Below, piece after piece: positions 55,084 through 63,656 of a stretch of DNA of 64,000 nucleotides. The notes below the pieces were generated by a model. The model was given only the letters and a program-made list of their open reading frames with translations. It had not been told where the DNA came from and made no database searches. Position 1 is the first letter of the stretch; each line of letters starts with the position of its first letter. Location: the NCBI GenBank assembly GCA_964577935.1, contig CAZOAJ010000002.1, positions 92,598-156,597 of the forward strand. Direction: 5' to 3'. Origin of the DNA: an uncultured bacterium. Its GTDB lineage: Bacteria > Chlamydiota > Chlamydiia > Chlamydiales > FEN-1388. The position numbers were made by a program, and so were the translations under genes.

Positions 55084-56046
55084 ATGTCGTTATTAATTGA
55101 TAAGCAACAATTGTGCCTCTATTCAGAACCTGAAATGAGTGAAGCTGAACATAAAAAGATGGCCGACAAAGCCATTGATTTTGTTCAAGAAATTGCAAAC
55201 AAGTCTTCTCTTGTAGTCGATCAGAAAATTGTGCAGGTTTGGGATACAGAATATAGGCTATGGATCAAGAGCTCCACAGGAATATGCAAGATAAAGGCTC
55301 AAGGACAATCAGGCGAGATCTCTACACTCTTCATAAATCAGGACTCCTATCGTTTAAATTCTGAAGGCATAGCACGCATAAAAAAGTGGTTTTCGGGAGA
55401 AGAGGGCCCTATTCTCCCTCTCAAAGGAAATGAGTCCGAATCTGTTTCATGGGAACGTATAAAACCTTTAAAGAATTCCTTTTGGGATTCCTGGAAAGAG
55501 ATTTCAAGTTTAAAAAAGCTATATGAACAAGAGATATATCCTCATGTGAAGCAATATATGCATCTTTTGATGGAGAAGGACGACTCCATATTAGAAGTAT
55601 GTGGCGGAGATGGAAAATTAGCGAGCGAAATTCTGGATGAATTGGGACATAAAGTTACAGAATATTACCTTGTCGACCGCAATGATGAGAGCCTAAAAAA
55701 GGCAAAAAGTGCATTACAACCGTTCATAACAAATAGAAAAGTGAAATTGGTTTCATGTGACCTTGAGAAAGAGACTCTTCATGAAATTAGAACGACTTTT
55801 AATTTTGTACTAGGGATCGGCGCGCTCACAACTGGGGTCTTGAAAAAGGAAGCGGCAAGAGACGTTTTTCGTGAGCTTGCGTCTATGACAAAACCTTCTG
55901 GGTACATTATACTCGCAGGAGCTAATAAACAATGGGTTGATTCGGAGATAATCAAAGCTGAAGGGTTTAGCATAAAAAACATGTCCTTACCTAATTCTGA
56001 ACAGCAATTTTATGTGGCTCAGAAGCTGCAAGTTTCAAAGCTTTAA
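55084..56046 (+). CDS. class I SAM-dependent methyltransferase with an unrecognised ~150-aa N-terminal domain
   Basis: Motif I ILEVCGGDGKLASEIL, acidic post-I residue (YLVDRN), and later FNFVLGIGAL and KPSGYIILAG motifs. Confidence 0.65.
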   Translation: MSLLIDKQQLCLYSEPEMSEAEHKKMADKAIDFVQEIANKSSLVVDQKIVQVWDTEYRLWIKSSTGICKIKAQGQSGEISTLFINQDSYRLNSEGIARIKKWFSGEEGPILPLKGNESESVSWERIKPLKNSFWDSWKEISSLKKLYEQEIYPHVKQYMHLLMEKDDSILEVCGGDGKLASEILDELGHKVTEYYLVDRNDESLKKAKSALQPFITNRKVKLVSCDLEKETLHEIRTTFNFVLGIGALTTGVLKKEAARDVFRELASMTKPSGYIILAGANKQWVDSEIIKAEGFSIKNMSLPNSEQQFYVAQKLQVSKL

Positions 56047-56118
56047 CCCCTAAAGATTTCTACGATCAAAAGAGCACATCGCCTATTCTACATATGGTTA
56101 TGCTTTATATGGTTATCC

Positions 56119-57102
56119 TTGATTATGTCTATTCTATCCGTCCGTTCACTCTATAAATCATACCGCACTCCAAAGCGTCGAGAAGGCTTTTTGGGCGGAT
56201 TCAAGGCTCTCTTATCCAGAGAGTATGAAACCAGAATTGCGCTTGACAGGATCTCTTTTGATCTTGGAGAGGGTGATCTTGTTGGTTACATCGGCCCGAA
56301 TGGTGCAGGCAAGAGCACTACGGTAAAAATTCTATCAGGCATCCTTGTCCCTGAAAGTGGTGAGGTTTCAGTTCTTGGAAAAATCCCCTGGCAGAATCGT
56401 ATAGAGACTGTGCGTCAAATAGGTGTGGTATTTGGCCAAAGAACTCAGCTTTGGTGGGATCTTCAGGTAATCGAGTCATTTGAACTCCTGAAGGCAATTT
56501 ATCATATCCCAGAAAATCAATATAAAAAAAAGCTTTCCGATCTCTCCGATGCACTCGATTTGTCTAAGCTCTTAACTGTTCCTGTAAGACTACTCAGTTT
56601 AGGCCAACGGATGCGCTGCGATCTTGCCGCTTCTCTTCTTCATTCTCCAAAAATTCTTTTTCTCGACGAACCAACCATCGGTCTTGACGCTGTAAGCAAA
56701 CTAGCTGTCCGTGATTTCATTCGACATCTTAATAGAGAGCATAAGGTAACGATTTTGCTCACAACACACGATATGGATGATATCGAAGCGCTCTGCCGTA
56801 GGGTTCTCATTTTGAATGAGGGAAAGATTTACTTTGACGGGTCTCTCGAGCAGTTGCGAAAAAAAATATTACCTGAGCGGCGCTTGATCATCGACCTACT
56901 CGAAGAAAACCCTTCAATGCAAGACCTGCCTGCCCAATTGATTCGGCAAGAAGGACATCGCATTTGGCTCAGCTTCAATCCTACTACCACCCCGGTACAA
57001 GAACTTATTGCCCGTGTGACAAATTCTCATGCGATTGCAGATTTGTTTGTGGAAAACCCACCTATTGAAGAACTTATTAGCAAATATTATAAAAATTTAT
57101 GA
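56119..57102 (+). CDS. ABC transporter ATP-binding protein (partner of the two ABC-2/DUF990 permeases)
   Basis: [33 protein letters not shown]. The track ORF opens at a TTG at 56119; the ATG at 56125 is the likelier start. Confidence 0.93.
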   Translation: MIMSILSVRSLYKSYRTPKRREGFLGGFKALLSREYETRIALDRISFDLGEGDLVGYIGPNGAGKSTTVKILSGILVPESGEVSVLGKIPWQNRIETVRQIGVVFGQRTQLWWDLQVIESFELLKAIYHIPENQYKKKLSDLSDALDLSKLLTVPVRLLSLGQRMRCDLAASLLHSPKILFLDEPTIGLDAVSKLAVRDFIRHLNREHKVTILLTTHDMDDIEALCRRVLILNEGKIYFDGSLEQLRKKILPERRLIIDLLEENPSMQDLPAQLIRQEGHRIWLSFNPTTTPVQELIARVTNSHAIADLFVENPPIEELISKYYKNL

Positions 57103-57890
57103 GCGCGTATCTTGCGATTCTAAAGATTCGAACGAAAGCATTCTTGCAATATCGATCTGCCGCTTTCGCTGCCGCCTGTGCGCAGACTTTTTGGGGAATC
57201 GTCACAGTAATGATTTATCGCGCTTTTTATGCAGAAACTGCTACTTCTGAACCAATTTCTTTGAATCAAGCAATTACTTTCATTTGGCTGGGACAAGCAC
57301 TCTTGCAGTTGATTCCTTGGTCGATTGATAAGGAAATCAAGGCACAAGTGAAAAATGGCAATGTTGCTTATGAATTGATCCGTCCTATCAATCTCTACAC
57401 ACTTTGGTTTGTTAGATCTTTTGCCCTGAGATCAGTTCCTACTTTGATGCGCTGTGTACCGGTTTTTGCAATTGGTGGTTGGCTATTTGGACTCTCTCCT
57501 CCTGTTTCGTGGGAAGCAGGTATTGTCTTTTGCCTTTCTGTGATATTTGCATTGCTCCTCTCGTCTGCTATTACAACCATAGTGCTGATTTCTCTTTTCT
57601 GGACGATATCGGGCGAAGGCATCGAGCGCCTGTTACCTCACCTAACTATCCTCTTATCTGGAATGGTCGTTCCGCTTCCGCTGTTTCCTTCATGGATCCA
57701 GCCATTTTTAAGCATCCAGCCCTTTCGAGGTGTCATGGATATTCCTTGCCGTCTCTATACCGGCGTAATCCCCGCTAAGGACGCATTCTACTGCTTTGGA
57801 TTTCAACTGGCCTGGATGCTCGCATTCATTCTGTTAGGAAAATGGTTGATCAATAGAGCGATGAAGAATTTTGTGATCCAAGGAGGATAA
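57099..57890 (+). CDS. ABC-2 family permease (DUF990 type), subunit 1
   Basis: 263 aa, 6 TM helices. 4-nt overlap with the ATPase gene. Confidence 0.82.
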   Translation: MSAYLAILKIRTKAFLQYRSAAFAAACAQTFWGIVTVMIYRAFYAETATSEPISLNQAITFIWLGQALLQLIPWSIDKEIKAQVKNGNVAYELIRPINLYTLWFVRSFALRSVPTLMRCVPVFAIGGWLFGLSPPVSWEAGIVFCLSVIFALLLSSAITTIVLISLFWTISGEGIERLLPHLTILLSGMVVPLPLFPSWIQPFLSIQPFRGVMDIPCRLYTGVIPAKDAFYCFGFQLAWMLAFILLGKWLINRAMKNFVIQGG

Positions 57891-58670
57891 ATGTTATTCT
57901 GGAAACTTATATCTGCATCGCTTCGGTCGCAAATGCAATACCCTGCATCCTTTCTGATGCTAAGTACGAGCCTCTTTATAGGATCTTTTGTAGATATTTT
58001 AGGGATATGGGTTTTATTTGATCGTTTCGAAATGGTTAAAGGATGGACGCTTCCAGAGATCGGGCTTATATATGGGACGATCAATATGGGATTCGCACTG
58101 GCAGAGCTTTTTTCCCGTGGATTCGACAAATTCACTGAAACACTCAAATATGGGGATTTCGACCGACTGCTACTTCGTCCCATCAGCCCATTATTTCAGA
58201 TCGCAGTCCATGAACTATATGCAATACGTATCGGACGATTTATCCAAGGCTTGACTGTACTCGTTTGGAGCTTATGCAGTCTCTCTTTCCCCATTACCTC
58301 AATTCATGTTTTTACCCTTCTATTTTCGATTTTTGGAACGACATGTCTCTTCTATGGGTTATTTATAATTCAAGCCACGATCGCATTTTGGACAATTGAA
58401 ACGCTTGAACTGATGAATATTGCAACTTACGGAGGTGTCCAAACTGGACAGTATCCAATGAGCATATATAACAAGACTTTCCGTCTTATCTTTACCTTAC
58501 TCATTCCAATTGCCTGCGTTGCCTACTACCCGATAGCGACTCTCTTACACCATGAATCAATTCCTTTATGGCTCGGGACTATCCTTCCTGCTGCGGGAGC
58601 TCTCTTTCTCTATATTGCCTGTCAATTTTGGCATTACGGTGTTCGCCATTATCGCTCCACTGGCAATTAA
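57891..58670 (+). CDS. ABC-2 family permease (DUF990 type), subunit 2
   Basis: 259 aa, 6 TM helices. The ATG immediately follows the upstream TAA. Confidence 0.82.
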   Translation: MLFWKLISASLRSQMQYPASFLMLSTSLFIGSFVDILGIWVLFDRFEMVKGWTLPEIGLIYGTINMGFALAELFSRGFDKFTETLKYGDFDRLLLRPISPLFQIAVHELYAIRIGRFIQGLTVLVWSLCSLSFPITSIHVFTLLFSIFGTTCLFYGLFIIQATIAFWTIETLELMNIATYGGVQTGQYPMSIYNKTFRLIFTLLIPIACVAYYPIATLLHHESIPLWLGTILPAAGALFLYIACQFWHYGVRHYRSTGN

Positions 58671-58847
58671 GCCACCTTAATAACTAGCATGTTGTAATTA
58701 GATACATAGACACAGAAGTGTAAAAAATAAATTTTATAGACTACCCTAATTTTCCCTATATTCATTATTTTGGCATGAAAGGTGGCCTATCTATTTTACG
58801 GATGTGAGATCAGCCATTAGATACTTGCCACAAATGAGGAATCCCTA

Positions 58848-59921
58848 ATGAATGTACTTAAGAAATGTCTACAAGCAACGCTTTGCATATTGAGCATTTC
58901 GACATCAAGCATTGTGATAGCAAAGACTTCAAACGACGCACATCATCACAAGACAAATCGTAAATACTATACTTTTAATTATCCTGAACAAGCCTCCGGG
59001 GGAGAAACCCTGCTTACAGGGATTCGAAAAGTTTCTGGAAAGCACAACAGCTACTACATAAGCGGCTTTTATAAGTATCCAAATGGAGCGTCCGTAATAT
59101 CATTTGTGTATAAGGGACCGTTGTCAGGCAATGGAACATGGAATACACTCAACTATCCATCCTCATCCGGTATCACAGTACTAGAAACCAATCTCTACGG
59201 TCCGAATAATGGGCCAAGATCTGAGATACAGGTCGTGGGCAACTACACCACCGAAGAAACAGGAGCATCAGCAATAGGCTGCCTATATGAAGGGCCTTTG
59301 GATGGCTCTGGAAAGTGGACCTCACTCATTCCTACTTCTTCATCTCAAGTCCTAGATACAATAGCCCATAGCACTATGGGAGGCCTTGTCGTAGGAAACT
59401 ACAACACGCAGCCTCATGTAAGTAAAGCATTTATCTATGATATTAAAAAAGGTGTGTACCACGATATCAAGAAACCTGAGGCAGTTGATATTACAGCATA
59501 CGGTATTTGGCACAATGGTGGTCATTCATATACCATTTGTGGTGGATATTCTAATGCCGACGTTATTTCTGGGCTCGATTCAGCATATTTAGTCGATTGG
59601 AATAATAAAAAACGTAGATTCAGTAATTGGAGAACATTTAGCTACAAGAACGATCCTCTCAAGGCAGTTGTCACACACTTCGATGGAATCACTTCAGATG
59701 GCAATGGCGGCTATAATCTCACAGGCGACTGGTCAGGAGTTGCCGATGGTCCACAATCTGGATTCTTCTGCAATGTACGCGGAAACAAAGCAACCTGGTC
59801 ATCAATATCATTCCCCCATCATAAACTTACTTCAGGCAATTCAGTCTCTCAAAAAATTGTGATCGGGGTATATCCATCAAACAAAACGAATTCCGTATAT
59901 GGGTACATCTCTATTCCTTAA
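58848..59921 (+). CDS. secreted hypothetical protein, probable beta-propeller
   Basis: Signal peptide (LQATLCILSISTSSIVIA). Recurring (V/I)xG(N/G)Y strand motifs about every 45-50 aa (YISGFY, QVVGNY, LVVGNY, ICGGYS, VIGVY). Confidence 0.55.
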   Translation: MNVLKKCLQATLCILSISTSSIVIAKTSNDAHHHKTNRKYYTFNYPEQASGGETLLTGIRKVSGKHNSYYISGFYKYPNGASVISFVYKGPLSGNGTWNTLNYPSSSGITVLETNLYGPNNGPRSEIQVVGNYTTEETGASAIGCLYEGPLDGSGKWTSLIPTSSSQVLDTIAHSTMGGLVVGNYNTQPHVSKAFIYDIKKGVYHDIKKPEAVDITAYGIWHNGGHSYTICGGYSNADVISGLDSAYLVDWNNKKRRFSNWRTFSYKNDPLKAVVTHFDGITSDGNGGYNLTGDWSGVADGPQSGFFCNVRGNKATWSSISFPHHKLTSGNSVSQKIVIGVYPSNKTNSVYGYISIP

Positions 59922-60067
59922 ACGATATCTGATTATAGACAGCAGAAAAAGTTGATAGATAAGTGCTTACAGGCTTTTTACAACTTTGAAAAAAAAAGAG
60001 CTCCCTATATACCTCAGTAAGGTGATATTTTTATTGAATCAATTACGATTGAAGTGATGACACACGA

Positions 60068-61612
60068 ATGAAACGCCCCCTTCTTTACATCAGCATAACT
60101 CTGCTTACAGCCGGCTGTAAAGTAGGCCCTGATTATCAAAAACCAGAAGCTCCCACTCAAATTGCCTATACTGAAGCCAAAGAAGAAAAAACCTTTGTTC
60201 CTAAAGACGAAGATCTCGTTACATGGTGGAAGGTCTTTAATGACCCTTTTCTTGATCAACTACTCAATGAAACCGTTTCTGGAAATTTTGATTATAGAAT
60301 TGCCTTAGAACACGTTTCTCAAGCAAGATCCCAATATTGGATGCAATTTACAGACATCCTTCCTGAGTTTGTTTTTGACGCTCAAACGTCCCGATACCGT
60401 GCAAGTCAAGCGTTTAGATCCTCGCAGCCTCCAACTACCTCATCCTCAACCACATCGACAACTACAACAGCAGCAACTCCACTAACACCTGCCAGCACAA
60501 CCACTACATCGACAAATTCTTCCATCTCAGGAGCCAAACTCTCTCCAACTCAAAGTTTCTTCCAACTTGGATTTGACGCTATCTGGGAAATTGATCTCTT
60601 TGGAAAATTACAAAGGTCCGCTGATGCAGCTCATGATACCTTAGAAGCAATGGATGAGACTTCAAGAGACGTCAAAATCACCGTCTTGAGCGAAGTTGCC
60701 AACACCTATTCTCTTATCTGTGTCCTACAAGAAAAAGTGGCTGTTGCAAGCCAAATAGTTGAGGCAGATGAAGAGTTACTCGCATTAGCAAATGATCGTT
60801 TTCGCTCAGGAATTGCAAACGAGCAAAGCGTCGAAAGCGCAATAGCAACACTAGAAATTGATAAGGCGAATTTAAAAGTTTTTCAAACTCAATTAAAAGA
60901 AAATATATATTCCTTATCTGTTCTTTTGGGGAGAGATCCAGAAACTCTGATTGAACCTTTTACAATTAAGCGCCCCATTCCAATGGCGCAAGGAAAAATA
61001 CCAGCAGGCATACCAGCAGATCTTTTGAAACGCAGACACGATGTGCGAGCCGCCGAAAGAACACTCGCATCAGCCACAGAACAAGTTGGAGTCGCTGTCG
61101 CTCAGCGCTATCCAACAATCTCGCTCACAGGATCAAGCAGCTCATTTGCTGCCAACCCTCTTCAAGGGGCAAATGCTGGATTCACATCGGATAAGGCAAA
61201 TAAATTGTTTAAAAACTCCGCTCGAATTTGGGGTATTGGAGCTCTGTTCACGGTCCCTGTCTTTGACTTCGGAAAGAGACTTGCCGGCGTCGAACTTCAA
61301 ATGGCAATTCAGCGAGAAGCATTGCTATCCTATCAAAAAACGGTTATTGCAGCGCTCCAAGAGGTAGAAATTTCCCTTGCCACCTATTTTAATGAAGAAG
61401 AAAGAGAATCCAGTTACAGCGCTGCAGCAATGGCTAACAAAAGAAACTATGACCTGACTTTGAATCTCTTTAAAGCGGGTCTCGTGGATTACTCATCGGT
61501 AAATGAGGCAAAAGAGATTTGGCTAAGAGATGTCGTGACATTAACTGATAGCAAACAATCCCTTACAAGCGCTCTCATTGCAGTCTATAAAAGCTTAGGC
61601 GGAGACTGGTAA
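60068..61612 (+). CDS. RND-efflux outer-membrane factor lipoprotein, NodT family
   Basis: Lipobox LTAGC followed by the family hallmark KVGPDYQKPE, then WW..F.DP.L..L and two OEP repeats. Carries an unusual Ser/Thr-rich insertion at aa 118-154. Confidence 0.92.
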   Translation: MKRPLLYISITLLTAGCKVGPDYQKPEAPTQIAYTEAKEEKTFVPKDEDLVTWWKVFNDPFLDQLLNETVSGNFDYRIALEHVSQARSQYWMQFTDILPEFVFDAQTSRYRASQAFRSSQPPTTSSSTTSTTTTAATPLTPASTTTTSTNSSISGAKLSPTQSFFQLGFDAIWEIDLFGKLQRSADAAHDTLEAMDETSRDVKITVLSEVANTYSLICVLQEKVAVASQIVEADEELLALANDRFRSGIANEQSVESAIATLEIDKANLKVFQTQLKENIYSLSVLLGRDPETLIEPFTIKRPIPMAQGKIPAGIPADLLKRRHDVRAAERTLASATEQVGVAVAQRYPTISLTGSSSSFAANPLQGANAGFTSDKANKLFKNSARIWGIGALFTVPVFDFGKRLAGVELQMAIQREALLSYQKTVIAALQEVEISLATYFNEEERESSYSAAAMANKRNYDLTLNLFKAGLVDYSSVNEAKEIWLRDVVTLTDSKQSLTSALIAVYKSLGGDW

Positions 61613-61754
61613 ATTTCGACCCTCCAGCTCCAACTTTCTACCCCGGACTCCCCTAGCACGGATACTTCACGAATAAAAAAACGATTCCTTAATTACTCAG
61701 CAATACAATAAAATTCTCTTTTATTAAAAATTCCACAATTTAAATAAGGCACCA

Positions 61755-63305
61755 ATGTCGTTATCCGCTATTGAATACACATCACGAACTCTTCCATACG
61801 ATGAAATCTCGAGGAACCCAGACTCTTCTACACATCCTCAAAATATCAATAGCGGACACTCCCAAAAAGCAATATCGATAATTGAAAAGACTTTGAACGA
61901 AACCGCCTTACGGTCTGTTTCCTGGACACAAGAAGCAAAAGATCGTTTTAAAAAACTTATCGACAATGGAACACCTCTACGTAAAGTATCGCATATATTA
62001 ACCGCTGAGTTACATCAGCCATTCACTTTTCGAGATGTAGCATTCTATAAAAACAAGCTTGGAGGATTAATTCCCTCGAATAAAAGGAATGAAAGCAGAC
62101 TTAAAAGATCTCCCTTGCCGGACAAACCGATCGATAAACATGCTTTTTGGACAGCAGATGAAAAAGAAACGTGCCAGAAGCTGCTTGACGAGAAAAAACT
62201 GCTTACAAGGAATAAAAAAAGTTTATCTTATAAAAAAATAGCCGAAATTCTCACAAAAAAATTTCGGGTAAAATTTACCACTGGAATGATTCAGTACTAT
62301 TCTGATCGTTATGCGTCATATCAAAACTCAAAAGTTACCAGATCAAGCCAAGATAATGTATACATAATCCCTCCCAAACATCCCGTATGGAAGTCGATTA
62401 AATTAAATAAATCTTACACATCTATAGAAAGGAGAACGATCTCTCCTCTAAACTACGTTGGGAATAAAAATGCGCTCACACCACTTATTTGGAATTTACT
62501 CCCAAATGCCGTGGTTCAAAATAAAATGACCGTAGTAAGCCCATTTGCTGGATCAATGCCGGTTGAGTTAACGCTCGCAATGAAAAATATAAAAGTAATC
62601 GCTGGAGATGCATTTAAGGAGCTCTGTAATTTCTGGAAGTGCCTTTTTGAAGACAAAGTTAAACTGGCTAGAAATGTTCAATCCTGGATAAAGAAGAATC
62701 CAAATCTTGTACCCACCCAAGAAAAATATAATGAGCTACGAAACCTTTGCACAACGCTTCTTCAAGATTCAAACATGCCTGATTCAAACAGGTTTCTCAG
62801 CGCTACTTATTTTTTTATCTTGAATAAAGTATCCCTTAATGCTTTGGGACTCGCTACACAAAGTGGTTTAAGCAAAAATAAATTGGAAGAATTTTCCAAA
62901 TCCGAACCTGCAGCATTGATCCAGTCATTTCGAAACAGCTTAAAGAAAAATATCTCTATTGAAGAGATCGACTACAAACAGCTTATTGGAAGCAATCCTG
63001 AGGCATTTTTATTTTTAGATCCTCCCTACTGGTACAACACACCTAGAGAAAATCGATTGTATGGAGTAGATGGAGAATTACATAAAAACTTTAAACATGA
63101 AGATCTCCATAACATCATAAAGACCAGAAATAATTGGCTTTTATGCTACAACGACTGTCCAAAAGTACGAGACTTATACAAAGGATTTACTTTTGTTCAA
63201 ATCCCCTGTAAGCGATCTCATAGAATGAGTGAATTGCTCATCTTAAGCCATGACCTTGCAAAAGAGCGCACGCAAAAGCTTAAGGAGCTCAAACAAGAAA
63301 TTTAA
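61755..63305 (+). CDS. Dam-class (D12, alpha-type) N6-adenine DNA methyltransferase with N-terminal tandem Myb/SANT-like repeats
   Basis: MTase motifs: NYVGNK (aa 233-238), PFAGS (aa 263-267), DPPY (aa 422-425, nt 63018..63029). N-terminal repeats: WTQEAKDRFKKLIDNGTPLRKVSHILTAELHQPFTFRDVAFYKNKL and WTADEKETCQKLL...SYKKIAEILTKKFRVKFTTGMIQYYSDRY (nt 61923..62312). Confidence 0.8.
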   Translation: MSLSAIEYTSRTLPYDEISRNPDSSTHPQNINSGHSQKAISIIEKTLNETALRSVSWTQEAKDRFKKLIDNGTPLRKVSHILTAELHQPFTFRDVAFYKNKLGGLIPSNKRNESRLKRSPLPDKPIDKHAFWTADEKETCQKLLDEKKLLTRNKKSLSYKKIAEILTKKFRVKFTTGMIQYYSDRYASYQNSKVTRSSQDNVYIIPPKHPVWKSIKLNKSYTSIERRTISPLNYVGNKNALTPLIWNLLPNAVVQNKMTVVSPFAGSMPVELTLAMKNIKVIAGDAFKELCNFWKCLFEDKVKLARNVQSWIKKNPNLVPTQEKYNELRNLCTTLLQDSNMPDSNRFLSATYFFILNKVSLNALGLATQSGLSKNKLEEFSKSEPAALIQSFRNSLKKNISIEEIDYKQLIGSNPEAFLFLDPPYWYNTPRENRLYGVDGELHKNFKHEDLHNIIKTRNNWLLCYNDCPKVRDLYKGFTFVQIPCKRSHRMSELLILSHDLAKERTQKLKELKQEI

Positions 63306-63656
63306 AGATGACCTCTCGATAGAAATCAAAATTATTTTTCTTTTCCTCTCTATTTTTGTGTAGTCATCAATTTTGAATTTTCTCCATAAATGATGACTCA
63401 TACTATGTAGAAGATTGCTAATTTATTTTGTGATTCTGACTAACGCAAAACATGAGCCTGGGTTGCCCCTATTGGAGCGTCAAAGCTATTTATTAGAGGC
63501 AACCAAGCGCATAAGTTCGTTAGACAAAAGGTCAAAAGATATGACTCGATTTTGCGTAAGGTGAGCAATAATTCAAGATGGATTAGCAATCCACAGCACA
63601 AGACAAATTGACAAGACCACTTGAGCCACGTGAATATCAGATCGAGGAGAAAATCT

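Noticed and set aside
52706-56118. Direct repeat of the tRNA-Leu 3' end that would delimit an integrated island
   Set aside because: No copy of the GGTTCGAGTCCGGCCTCGAGCA segment, or a convincing fragment of it, was found by eye downstream. A tRNA-T-arm-like string near 54915 (ACTCGAAATCCC) does not match this tRNA. A computational search would be needed.
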